A stretch of 64,000 nucleotides of DNA. It comes from Oopsacas minuta. Lineage: Eukaryota > Animalia > Porifera. The first letter of the stretch is position 1; every line of letters begins with the position of its first letter. The DNA lies in assembly GCA_024704765.1 (NCBI GenBank), contig JAKMXF010000111.1:636619-700618 (forward strand), read 5' to 3'. This document shows, in pieces, positions 44,231 through 55,466 of the stretch. The translations under genes were made by a program, and so were the position numbers. The notes beneath the pieces are model-generated. The model saw only the letters and a program-made list of their open reading frames with translations, ran no database searches and was not told the DNA's origin.

Positions 44231-46003
44231 ATGGAGACTACTAGTTCAATAGAGCTGCGCTCAATTAATTATGGCCGTACTAGGACAGTAAAGAATGTGA
44301 GGAAAAACAGAATCAGGAAATCTATCTCAAAAGTTTTTCCTTTCTTTGAAACCATCTGTATCTTCAGAGGAGCTTTGTATGTTCTTTTAATCATTTTTCT
44401 AATTCGTATCTTCGTTTTTTTTACTCTTGAGTTCTTGTACAATTTCGGTAGTTTGGGTCATTATCGCCTTTTTACATGTATACGTGGCCCCTCTTCTGGA
44501 CACTCCTTTAATTCCCTTGCCTTCATTTGCTCCCCATTGTTCGGTGTTTTAGCTGACAAATACATCTCTAGACATAAAATAATAAGTTTCGGCATGTTTA
44601 CAATGTTCATAGGTTCCATCGCCTTTATTTTATTCTTCCTTACGACACACCATTTTACTTCTGAAGATCAATGCGAGAAATATGAAGCTTTATTCTCATT
44701 CATTATTCTGTTCTATATAATCGGATTTTCTGCCTTACTCCCTCTCTTACTCCCGTTTGGTGTAGACCAGATGGAAGGAGCGAGCGAACAAAGTCTCAAA
44801 TCTTATTTCGCTTGGTTCTTCGGGGTTCTCAATGCAGGTGCTTTTGTGAGTTATTCTTATTACTTAGGATTCACAGACGTAAGAGATATTAGTTTATACC
44901 AAATAGATAAAGATAATAATCCCAATGTAGTTATTATCTTATTGGCCGGTTTGTTACTTGGAACAGTTTCATTATTCATAGCTATACTTTTGTACAAATT
45001 CCTCGTAAACACTAAACGTCTATCTGTTTACCAACCATCTGGTGATCCTCTAGGCCTTATATGGAATGTAACTAAAAGTGCTATGAACAAATATTCACAG
45101 AAGAGACGGAGACCTAGCATTACTCGTAGTATACAATATTTAGAAGGTTCTCAGAGACTGTTAGATTTGGCTAAAGATGATCACGGAAATAATACCTTTG
45201 AGAATGTGGAGAGTGTTAAAACATTCTATCGAATAATGCCATTACTCCTAGCTTTGATTCCTTATTTCGCTGTGACTAGTGTAAGTACTGGAGCTTATAT
45301 TGAGCAGAATATTTATTTGTTCGATCAGTTTGAAGATTCAACTATTATACCACAGCTAGTTGATCCCTGTATTATAATAATCCTTGTCTTTTTATTCGAA
45401 TTCAACCCCGTGAAGAAGAGATTGAAGTTTTCTAGCATTCTACAGAGAGTATATATTGGTGTATTTTTCGGTTTAGCTAGTCTAATATTTGCTACAATAG
45501 TTGAATTTGTTAGTACCTTCGCTGCTCCTTTTAAACTCTCTTATGGAGCATTACAAGCATTTAAGAATCTTACTCACCCAGATGATCCGGGACAGAAAGT
45601 TAAGGTTTTGCTTTTTAAAATATCATTTCAGTCACCTCAGTTCTTGCTAATGGGGATATCTGAGTTCCTAGCGGTTATTGGCATATTTGAGTTCATCTAC
45701 GCGCAATCTCCACGAGAGATGAAATGCTTCATATACGGTCTATTCCAGTGTATTCGCGGAATCGGTTATATAATCCCATTTATCGTGAATGAGATTCTTC
45801 AGGCTGCAACCTGTGCTTGTTCTAATTGCAATTGTAAAACCTGTGCAGCATATCATTATCAATGTAATGGTGCTCCAACCAATGTCAGCTACACTTATCT
45901 AGCGGGTACACTGCTATTCACACTCTATGTGATATCTCTATATTTTCTGTTCCGTAGATATAAGAAGAGGGTTAGACAGCCTAGGGAAATATGGTATACA
46001 TAG
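44231..46003 (+). CDS. POT/PTR2 family (SLC15-like) oligopeptide transporter, intronless
   Basis: GVLADKYISR, PFGVDQM, YFAWFFGVLNAGAF, FENVESVK, QSPQFLLMGISE, FIYAQSPREMK. Confidence 0.9.
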   Translation: METTSSIELRSINYGRTRTVKNVRKNRIRKSISKVFPFFETICIFRGALYVLLIIFLIRIFVFFTLEFLYNFGSLGHYRLFTCIRGPSSGHSFNSLAFICSPLFGVLADKYISRHKIISFGMFTMFIGSIAFILFFLTTHHFTSEDQCEKYEALFSFIILFYIIGFSALLPLLLPFGVDQMEGASEQSLKSYFAWFFGVLNAGAFVSYSYYLGFTDVRDISLYQIDKDNNPNVVIILLAGLLLGTVSLFIAILLYKFLVNTKRLSVYQPSGDPLGLIWNVTKSAMNKYSQKRRRPSITRSIQYLEGSQRLLDLAKDDHGNNTFENVESVKTFYRIMPLLLALIPYFAVTSVSTGAYIEQNIYLFDQFEDSTIIPQLVDPCIIIILVFLFEFNPVKKRLKFSSILQRVYIGVFFGLASLIFATIVEFVSTFAAPFKLSYGALQAFKNLTHPDDPGQKVKVLLFKISFQSPQFLLMGISEFLAVIGIFEFIYAQSPREMKCFIYGLFQCIRGIGYIIPFIVNEILQAATCACSNCNCKTCAAYHYQCNGAPTNVSYTYLAGTLLFTLYVISLYFLFRRYKKRVRQPREIWYT

Positions 46004-46268
46004 ATGCTGTACGAATATTTTGCTTATATTTATTTGTATATATTTTGATGCATGATTATAATTTGTAAGGTTTTTCAGTTTATTTAGCTTTGAGTTTTTA
46101 TAGATATATTTATTGTTTGTATATTTGTTAGTCCAAAATTGAAAAAGCAAACATTCTTTGTAATAACAAAGGCTACGACGCTGCCTCAGTCAGTCCTGAA
46201 TACTTTGTATATCGAATAAAAGCAACTATTATACTATTTGATAGTATTCGTGTTATACGCGTAGTTAG

Positions 46269-48464
46269 ATGACAGGATTTGACAGACCAGGCATATTCTT
46301 CAGCGACCCGTTCACTACAGACGAACCAGCTCCCCAGGAGCAACACATAAACAGAGTTGCTGCAGTTAAACGTTTCAAAGAGTTTTTCAGGAAATTCCAC
46401 GATGAGAGCAATCAATACAACTACAGAGATCAGTTGAAGAGACATTATACCATCAAGGAGTATTGGGTAGAGGTAGAGATAGAAGATCTTAGTAGTTTTG
46501 ATGATCAGTTAGCAGACAATCTAACTAAACTCCCCGCGGAATATCTCCCTCTATTTGAGGAAGCAGCTACTGACATGGCAGATGAGCTCACTAGCCCTAG
46601 ACCCCTAGAGGAGGCTCAGATGGAACAGGTCCAGGTTACCCTCAGCTGGCAATCAAACCCCTTACAGATCCGTCAATTGAAATCAGTACATATGTCACGA
46701 TTAGTCCGTGTACCTGGTATTGTAGTCAGCTGTTCTAGCCTCAGAGCTAAGGCCACTAGCATAACTATTCGCTGTAGAGGTTGTAACAATACAACTCCTA
46801 ATATAGCTATGAAGCCTGGTTTTGACGGATACTCCCTCCCTCGTACTTGTTCATTCAATGCAGTATCAGGTAGAGACAAGTGTCCAATCGATCCCTTTAT
46901 CATATTACCTGAGAAATGTAAGTGTGTTGATTTTCAGGTGCTGAAACTGCAAGAAAGTCCTGATGCTGTTCCTACAGGAGAAATGCCTAGACACATGCAG
47001 GCGTTCTGTGAGCGATATATGACAGAACGTGTTGTGCCAGGAAACAAGGTAACGTTGCTAGCTATTTTCTCTATCCGGAGGTTAGCAGGGTCTGGACAGA
47101 GGGGTCAGCAAATGGGGGTTGGGCTTAGGAAGCCTTACCTACGTGTGGTGGGTGTAGATGTGTCCAGTGAACGATCTGGACAGAACAGAGGTAGTGCTTT
47201 CACACCTCAAGAGGAAGAGAAATTCCGCATCTTGTCAGCTCATCCTGACGTATACGACATGATATCACGTAGCATAGCTCCCTCTATATTTGGTAGTACA
47301 GACATAAAGAGGGCTATAGCTTGTCAGCTGTTTGGGGGCTCTAGAAAGAGAATGCCAGATGGACTAACTCGTCGCGGGGATATCAACCTGCTGCTCTTGG
47401 GAGACCCTGGTACGGCGAAAAGTCAGCTTCTCAAGTTCGTAGAGAAGGTCTCTCCTGTTGCAGTATACACCAGTGGGAAGGGTAGCAGTGCTGCTGGTCT
47501 CACTGCCTCTGTTATAAGAGACCCTTCTTCCAGAGGATTTGTGATTGAGGGTGGAGCCATGGTGTTGGCTGACGGAGGGATAGTTTGTATCGATGAGTTT
47601 GATAAGATGCGGGAAGATGATAGAGTAGCTATTCACGAGGCTATGGAGCAGCAGACTATCTCTATAGCAAAGGCTGGTATCACTACTACACTCAACTCCC
47701 GCTGTGCTGTACTAGCTGCTGCCAACTCTGTATTTGGACGATGGGATGACACGAAGGGAGCAGCTAATATAGACTTTATGCCTACTATATTGTCAAGATT
47801 TGACATGATATTCATAGTGAAGGATGTACACGATTTGAATAAGGATATCCGTATGGCTAAGCATGTTATGAAGGTGCATTTGAATGCTGTTATGACAGAT
47901 GAGACTGTGGAGGGGGAGCTACCTCTGGAAACTCTGAAAAGGTTTATATCTTTTGCTAAGCAGAGATGTGGACCTCGTCTCTCCAAAGTGGGAGGGGATA
48001 AGCTAGCTTACAGGTATGTTATGATGAGAGGGGGTACACGAGACCAGGAGAGGAGGACAGAGAGGAGATCTGCTATCCCAATAACCGTCAGACAGCTAGA
48101 AGCAGTTATACGTATTTCAGAGTCTCTAGCCAAGATGTCCATGCTCCCGTTTGCTACTGAGACACATGTCGACGAAGCTCTCCGTCTCTTTCAAGTGTCG
48201 ACGCTGGAGGCCGCTAGCTCCGGCACTCTGTCTGGGGTAGAGGGATTCTCTAGTGAGAGTGATCAGGACGAAATCAGGAGAGTGGAGGCTCAGCTGAAGA
48301 GCAGATTCCCTATTGGTTCTCAGGTGTCTGAACAGAGAATCATTCAGGATTTTGTTAGGCAGAAATACAGTGAGAGATCTATAGAGACAGTATTGAGTGT
48401 TATGCTGAGACGAGGAGAGCTACAGCATAGAATGCAGAGAAAGGTTCTGTTTAGAGTTAGATAG
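46269..48464 (+). CDS. MCM5: DNA replication licensing factor MCM5, intronless
   Basis: [23 protein letters not shown], Walker [21 protein letters not shown] arginine finger, [19 protein letters not shown]. Confidence 0.98.
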   Translation: MTGFDRPGIFFSDPFTTDEPAPQEQHINRVAAVKRFKEFFRKFHDESNQYNYRDQLKRHYTIKEYWVEVEIEDLSSFDDQLADNLTKLPAEYLPLFEEAATDMADELTSPRPLEEAQMEQVQVTLSWQSNPLQIRQLKSVHMSRLVRVPGIVVSCSSLRAKATSITIRCRGCNNTTPNIAMKPGFDGYSLPRTCSFNAVSGRDKCPIDPFIILPEKCKCVDFQVLKLQESPDAVPTGEMPRHMQAFCERYMTERVVPGNKVTLLAIFSIRRLAGSGQRGQQMGVGLRKPYLRVVGVDVSSERSGQNRGSAFTPQEEEKFRILSAHPDVYDMISRSIAPSIFGSTDIKRAIACQLFGGSRKRMPDGLTRRGDINLLLLGDPGTAKSQLLKFVEKVSPVAVYTSGKGSSAAGLTASVIRDPSSRGFVIEGGAMVLADGGIVCIDEFDKMREDDRVAIHEAMEQQTISIAKAGITTTLNSRCAVLAAANSVFGRWDDTKGAANIDFMPTILSRFDMIFIVKDVHDLNKDIRMAKHVMKVHLNAVMTDETVEGELPLETLKRFISFAKQRCGPRLSKVGGDKLAYRYVMMRGGTRDQERRTERRSAIPITVRQLEAVIRISESLAKMSMLPFATETHVDEALRLFQVSTLEAASSGTLSGVEGFSSESDQDEIRRVEAQLKSRFPIGSQVSEQRIIQDFVRQKYSERSIETVLSVMLRRGELQHRMQRKVLFRVR

Positions 48465-48621
48465 ATAGGATAGTTTGTGTATTGAGGATTAATACATTGA
48501 GAGTTAAGATGTGATTAATTGGCTGAAAACAGTTACAAACGTTAATCTCTGATAATATATAAACTCAATTTAATCTTCTTAGAATTATAAGGTATAACAC
48601 AAGCTGCTAAGATCCTCTAAA

Positions 48622-49032
48622 ATGCAACCTGAAGACTCTTCTGTTCAGAATAACGAGTTCATATTCCCTAATGGGGATATGTATGTAGGAGAGTATATAA
48701 AGCGAGTTGATAGATCAGTTATGAGACAGGGCTCTGGGGTATACACATCACATACAGGGTTCAAGCTAGAGGGTATCTGGGTAAAGGACAAGATGGAAGG
48801 GAGGGGCAGAGCTAGCTTCAAATCAGGAGCAGAGTATAAGGGGTTATTCGTAGACAGCAAGTTCTCAGGAGAGGGAGTATATACGCTACCTAATGGGGCT
48901 ACAATAGAAGGAAAATTTGATGGAAACAAAATAACAGGATCAGTTGTATTCACTGATAAGAATGGCTTGAGATGGTTAGGGGAGTTTAATGACCTGAAAA
49001 ACATTGAAACTTTAGAACTTGAATTAACATAA
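48622..49032 (+). CDS. MORN2: MORN repeat-containing protein 2
   Basis: FIFPNGDMYVGE, GIWVKDKMEGRG, SGAEYKGLF, YTLPNGA..GKF, GLRWLGEF. Confidence 0.85.
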   Translation: MQPEDSSVQNNEFIFPNGDMYVGEYIKRVDRSVMRQGSGVYTSHTGFKLEGIWVKDKMEGRGRASFKSGAEYKGLFVDSKFSGEGVYTLPNGATIEGKFDGNKITGSVVFTDKNGLRWLGEFNDLKNIETLELELT

Positions 49033-49091
49033 TCACTCCCATATGAGTATCTATACTATTATTAATCTCTCTTATATTAGATATCTAATCC

Positions 49092-51062
49092 ATGTCAGCT
49101 GCTCAAATAAAATCACTGAAATCTGACCTATCATCTCTCCAGGAACTTATCCCTGAGCTCTGTCAAACAGCTAAAACAACAGCCCCCAATATCAATCAGT
49201 GTCCTTCTAGGCTATACCCCACTAAGCTAGCTAGAGATATAATTCCTACAGCTGATACTGAGTATGTAGGATTATTAGAACTTACTATTGATAGATTACA
49301 GTATCTTATACAGTGTGTAGTATGTATCCTCGGGTCTCAATCTCCTCCCCTCTCCCTCCTCTCAGCTGTTAAGAAGCTGTCGTCACAACTAACCAGTCGA
49401 GATTCCACTCAATCCCTTTCAGACAACCCCATCTCTTACCCACAAGCTAATAACTCTACATACAAGTGTGTAGCTTCCCAGACCTATGAGACATCATTTA
49501 CTAACTGTATGAATTGTATAGAACTACAAGATGTATTATTACATGTAGCTTGTCTATTCACAGAGGGATTACAACCTCTAGGCTGTGAGAGTAGAGTTGA
49601 CCAGTGTGTACTCTCCTCTCTTGATCTGGACGCCTCTGATTTATTGCCCCCTCGTAAGTGGGCTGGTCCCATGGAAGAGGACGTGAAGTCATTTTCTACT
49701 CACCTGATAAATATTCAAAAGAGAGCTAATGAACTAGAGAAGAATGTTAGAGAGTTGAGTGAGCGACTCTTTGATAAATCCTCTGAGATCAGGGAGCTAC
49801 TTACTCAGCTGTCTTCTGTCAAGAGTGAATCTGTCAAATCAGCTGATCAGATGAGGAATGAGATGGAGCAGGAGAGAGAGGAGAGGAAGAGAGAGACACA
49901 CTCCATCTCAGTAGGCAGAGAGCAAGAGAGGATCAGAGCAGATAAACTACAGCATGAGATCAGCTGTTTACGACAAGACTTATCTTGTAAGTCTGCTACA
50001 ATGCTAAATACAGAGACTAGAGTAAGAGATTCAGAATCTGCTCTTAAGAGAATACAAGCAGAGAACACAGCAAGTATTGATAAAGTAATTAGTCTAGAGA
50101 AAGAGCTACAGGAGAGTGAGAGAGGGAGAATTGATACACAAGCTGATCTAGAAGCTAAGACTGTAACAGTTAAGAAGTTAGAAGTACAAGCCAGCTCTCT
50201 CCGACAGCATGAGACTAAGCTACAGAACAAGTGTGATTCTCTGTTAGGACAAGTATTAAGTATGGAGGAGGAGTTATGTAGATCTCAACAGGACCTTACT
50301 GAGAGTGTTAGAGAGAGAGAAGAGTTGAATAATCAACTGAATTCTACTCGTACAGAGATATATGAGCTGAATAGAGAGCTCTCTCAACAAGTTAATACTA
50401 TTACTAAGCTACAAGATAGTGATTCCTCGTATTCAGAGCTTGTAGATAGTCTTAAGGATAAGTTAAGTAATGCTAGAGATAAGTTAGAAACAGCTGATGA
50501 GAGATGTAGACTCCTCATGCGCTTCTCAGACCCCACAGATACCAGTGATCCATCCCAGACACAAGACCTGATATCAGCTAATAGTATTAAGATACTATTA
50601 ATAGAGGAGCAGAACTCTAAACTCAGACAACAGAGCTTAGCTTGTTCTCTCAATAGTGGTAACAGGACTGAGTTATTAGTTCCTACTCCTCTTTGGCATA
50701 TTCAGGATCTGTCTACTATGAAGGAGAGATACTCACGACTATCTCAAGAGGAAGGGACACTGTCTAATGAGTTAACACAATCTGCTAGTTACCTCGCAGA
50801 TAAGGAGGAAAAGTCTCGTCCTAAATCACTAGGAAGGTGTGGCCAGCTGTTAGAAGCTCTTTCACGCGCCAGATCATATGAGGATGCAGAAACGGATCAC
50901 AGGTTGCAGAAGGATAACGTTACTCACGTATGGTCAGAGGGACTAGACGGTACAGAGAGTAATGTTATTCATAAGATAGGACAGATATACACATGTGATA
51001 TCTGTGACCAGATGTTTCATGACCAATCTAGCCTCATATCACACGGCAGTCATTGTCATTAA
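49092..51062 (+). CDS. CCDC157: Coiled-coil domain-containing protein 157-like
   Basis: N-terminal IKSLKSDLSSLQ...LLELTIDRLQYLIQ, SQTYETSF..C..C, long coiled coil, LETADERCRLLMRF. Confidence 0.75.
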   Translation: MSAAQIKSLKSDLSSLQELIPELCQTAKTTAPNINQCPSRLYPTKLARDIIPTADTEYVGLLELTIDRLQYLIQCVVCILGSQSPPLSLLSAVKKLSSQLTSRDSTQSLSDNPISYPQANNSTYKCVASQTYETSFTNCMNCIELQDVLLHVACLFTEGLQPLGCESRVDQCVLSSLDLDASDLLPPRKWAGPMEEDVKSFSTHLINIQKRANELEKNVRELSERLFDKSSEIRELLTQLSSVKSESVKSADQMRNEMEQEREERKRETHSISVGREQERIRADKLQHEISCLRQDLSCKSATMLNTETRVRDSESALKRIQAENTASIDKVISLEKELQESERGRIDTQADLEAKTVTVKKLEVQASSLRQHETKLQNKCDSLLGQVLSMEEELCRSQQDLTESVREREELNNQLNSTRTEIYELNRELSQQVNTITKLQDSDSSYSELVDSLKDKLSNARDKLETADERCRLLMRFSDPTDTSDPSQTQDLISANSIKILLIEEQNSKLRQQSLACSLNSGNRTELLVPTPLWHIQDLSTMKERYSRLSQEEGTLSNELTQSASYLADKEEKSRPKSLGRCGQLLEALSRARSYEDAETDHRLQKDNVTHVWSEGLDGTESNVIHKIGQIYTCDICDQMFHDQSSLISHGSHCH

Positions 51063-51170
51063 TGTATATCTCTGTTATAAACTCTAATATATATTGCATT
51101 GCTAATATTGACATTATAATTATGGGAGATTTGTGTGTTAAAGTTGTCTATAATTTACTATTAGTTCAGT

Positions 51171-54100
51171 ATGGACTGGCTACATTTCCTGGAACACAAC
51201 TACACCCCACTACAATTCAATTCTGTCCTAACCTCAAACACAGATCGTTTCTCTCTCATACATCTCAATTTCGGTGAGGTATATTTTGAGGATTTTGCAG
51301 TTATCTACTATCCAGAGGCCCGTAACGAGGATGAGATGGTTAAGCTGAAGCAACAAGGGAGACTTAAGTTATGCTCTGAGACTCTCCTATTCGTACCTCA
51401 TGACTCACTATCTCCTCTCATCAAGATACCTTACAAACACTGTGATACGCTATCTCAATGGAATGGAAAATTTCTTAAAAGCATTCAGCACTGTGTGTAT
51501 GTACGTGCTACAGAGAAGGTATTGTTACTAGAAGGGAATAACATAGGACCTTATGAGCAGGTTAAGAAACGGGAGGGATATCTGTTCCGTGTGTTATATC
51601 AGGATGTTACAGCTGTTCTGCCTAAGATACACCGGCTGTACACCATATGGCATCAACCACAAGGTAGAGTATATGAAAAATCCAATTTGAATGCTAATTA
51701 TATCATTTTATATAGATAAAAGAATACAAGAGACTCTGAGATTATCTCATGAACAGTTTGATCATATTCGTTTCCAAAGTATGTGGTTATCTAACTTGTT
51801 TGAGAAGATTGTGTTTGAGAAAGCTGGCCTCCTCGTATGCCCTATGATTGAGAATCCAGGTCGTATAGCTCTAACCAACAGCTATTTATACTTCCAGCCA
51901 CTCAACAATATTTATGCTGAGCCTGTCATGTCCGTCAAGCTGTCAGACCTAAGATTAGTAGAGAAACGGCGTTATCTACTCACTCATATAGGAATAGAAC
52001 TATTCACCAAAAAAGGTAATTACTGATTTTCCAGATTTTTCAAGTCGTATTTTGCACGAATTTCCCTGCTAATACACCCGAACTTACTATTGAGAAAATA
52101 TTTCAAAAAAGTTGCTATTAGGTGAATACATATTGCTAATAGACGAACATCACTGTATAACGTGTTTATATTCCTTGTTTATTAGATACAAGTATTTTCC
52201 TTGCTCTTGAGACTAACTCATTTCGGGAACATCTATACTCACTCATTCTCAAACAAGAAGACACTAAATTGGAGCTTTTACCGGAACTGACAGTTATGAC
52301 AGATAAATGGTCTTGTAAGGAACTGCCAAACTTTGAGTATTTAATGTTCCTTAATTTCAAAGCTAACAGGAGTTTTAATGATATCACACAATACCCAGTA
52401 CTACCATGGGTAATTACTAATTATGATGGAAAGAAGTTGGATTTGAAAGATCCTTCAGTGTACAGAGATTTATCTAAACCTATAGGAGCAATAAACGCTA
52501 ACAAGTTGGCCATTTTAAAGAAGAGATACAAAGAAATGCCTCCACCTAAGTACCTGTACGGTACTCACTACAGTACTCCTGCTTATGTACTGCATTTCCT
52601 AGTTAGAACAGCTCCGGAGTATTTGCTGTGTTTACAGGTGTGTTCATTATAATAAGGAAGCTTAAATTATTGTTATGTGAATGTGTATTTTAGGATGGAA
52701 AATTTGACTACGCTAATAGAATGTTTCACAGTATTAATGAGACATGGCAGCATGCTCTTACAGGACCCTCTGATGTTAGAGAACTTATTCCTGAGTTCTA
52801 CTTATCTCCAGGAGATTTCTTGCTTAACGATGCTCAGCTCGAGCTGGGGGTAAGGGACTCAGGAACTAAAGTCAATGACGTACAGCTGCCTCCTTGGGCA
52901 AATAACGCTCGTGACTTTACAGCTAAACTGCGAGAAGCCTTAGAAAGTGAGCATGTGACGTCACGACTCCACTTCTGGATAGATCTCGTGTTCGGTTACA
53001 AACAGAGAGGAGAAGAAGCAATCAGAGCTGATAATCTCTTCCACTACATTACATATGAGGGAGCTGTTGATATAGATCCTGTTAATGACCCAATTAAGCA
53101 GAACTCACTTAAAATACAAATTATGGAATTTGGACAAACTCCCACCCAATTATTCATAGAGCCACACTCTTACTCTAAGCTATATAACAGCAATACATCT
53201 ATTGATAAGGTATATTCAACAGTTATGCCGACTGCTAATAACAACAACAACATAGCTATTACTCCTGTTATGGTATCCTATAATGATTGGGATGGAATAT
53301 CTCAACTCAGTTTTGAGATATCATACAAACTACATAAAGACAGTATGACAGCAGTCAGCACTCTGCCAAAGCAGAATTCTATCGTATCAGTATCTAAGGA
53401 CCATACACTGAAAATATTCTCCCTCACTAGTCAACAACAGACCAGAAGCACTGTGCTATCCAGTATGGCCCTCTCTTCTTGTCTAGTAATGCCTAATGAG
53501 GATACTATTGTTGTAGGATCATGGGATAACAGTATATACTTCTACTCTGTTGAATATGCTGATGTGTTGCATTGTATGCCTGCACATGACAGTTCTGTCA
53601 CTTGTCTGGCCTGGAGTAGTAATATACTCGTTACAGGATCATGGGATACTTCTGTTAAGGTCAGTATTCAATTGTTATATATAGTGGCTATTAGTTAATT
53701 GTATATTTTCCAGATATGGGATTACACCCCTACCAAAGGGGCGGGACCAATCAACACCCCTCAGATCCGAGGAGATCTTGATCATGACTGTGAGCTAACC
53801 AGTGTTGATATAGATAGTACTGGTGCTCTGCTAGTATCAGGCTGTGCAGATGGTAGTGTATGTCTTTGGGATGCACAGTCTATGGAGAAGATAGCAGAGA
53901 AGAGAATTTCTGCTACTTCTGTATGTTCATGTCTATTCAGTCCAGACAGCAAGTCTCTTGCTGTATGTACAGAAGATGGTATGATACATATATACTCAGT
54001 AGCTGAGGGACTACCACTGATTACAACCAGGAGTCCAGGAGAGCAGTGTAGCTCTATGTTATGGAATGGAGAGTATATTCTATGTGGTGGAATGAGTGGG

Positions 54101-54250
54101 ACATTATCAATACTCTCACTAAAATCTACAGTCACACTAGCAAAGAGAGATGCACATCAATCTGCCATCAGTGCTATTTCTGTAAATAATGACATGCAAG
54201 TTGTAGTTACCGCATCTACTGATAGGAATGTATCTGTTTGGAAGTTTTAA
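51171..54250 (+). CDS. NSMAF: Protein FAN (GRAM, BEACH, WD40), exons 51171-51663, 51716-52015, 52186-52637, 52694-53659, 53714-54250
   Basis: RFSLIHLNFGEVYFEDF, NRSFNDITQYPVLPWVI, YGTHYSTP, DVRELIPEFY, EFGQTPTQLF, WD40 repeats; all introns GT-AG and in frame. Confidence 0.95.
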
Positions 54251-54450
54251 CAATTGACTCTAAGAACCGTTGATATGCTGACAGAATACAGTTGAGAGAA
54301 ACGCCCGGTCCTTATTAGTTACTCCGGATATTGTTGTATATTTTGGTACATTTCACAAGTCCTATTTTTGTGTATAGAATTTATATAATTTCTATACAGG
54401 CTAGTGTTTAATATTTCCAATAATTGTAATTATCATTTCTTTGTCTGTTT

Positions 54451-55342
54451 ATGGATAGAATTGTAGCTAGCTCGATGACAGCAGTAATCGCATTGAAAGA
54501 TTTTGAGGTTAGCAATTTCCTATCTTATTCATTTAATAATTATCCTATATGACATCTCTAGGAGTTGTCGCATAATTCTCTTATAGGTTATTGTCCACAG
54601 CAAAGTCGCAAAGGCAGGATGGTCTCTCCTGAAGAGATTGCTTTTCTTCTTTCCCGGAGATTGTCAAAATACTGAAGCAGCTATGAAGGCTGCTAAATGT
54701 CACCAATTCATAACATGGTCATATGAGAATACGCTTGATATATTAGCCAATAGATTTCCAAATCGTATTATCTGTCTATGTAAGCCGAACTATCTCCATT
54801 TAAATAATTTTGCTTGTTATGATGCGTTCGTTGAAAAGGCGACTACTTTCGGTGATCCTAAATACTCTCCCTCAGTCAAGAGCTTTACTTCTCTATCTTG
54901 TTGTATCGATACACTTTGTAAAGAGAAATATATCGCAGAGTGTATAGATGAAATATCTGTAATGGGATTCAGTAAAGGTTGTATTGTATTGAATCAGCTG
55001 GTATATGAAATACAGATGGGTTTTCAAGATGAGAATATTGCTCAGTTTATTTCCATGCTTAGAGAATTCTATTGGTTAGATGGTGGACATAATGGTACTG
55101 CTGAAATATGGATCAGTGATTTAAATATACTTGAAAGTTTCGCGAGAATTAATCCAAGAATTTACATTGGTGTAACTCCTTACCAAATGAAGTCAGTGGT
55201 TAAATCCTGGGCTGCTAAAGAGAAAAGGAAATTTGTTGAGAGACTAGAGAGTGTGGGTGTGAAAGAAGTTGAAGTTGTTGAACACTTTTTCGATGCGCCA
55301 CCATCCCTAGAAAATCACTTTAATATTTTAAGCAATTTTTGA
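54451..55342 (+). CDS. C2orf69: UPF0565 protein C2orf69 homolog, exons 54451-54507 and 54587-55342
   Basis: FFPGDCQN, NRFPN, GFSKGCIVLNQL, YWLDGGH, VTPYQ, PPSLENHF. Confidence 0.92.
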
Positions 55343-55466
55343 CTGATAATTCATTTTACTTAATCTTTCGTTTATTTGTTGTGTAATAGATATTTGCAAA
55401 GCTAGTACATAGTTGATATGAGAGCTATTCAAAACAACATTTATTCGCATTTCTATCTGTTTTTAG

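Noticed and set aside
55418-55466. ATG at 55418 as the EXOC5 start
   Set aside because: It reads into a stop and I found no convincing donor linking it to the exon at 55467; the first exon is left unresolved.
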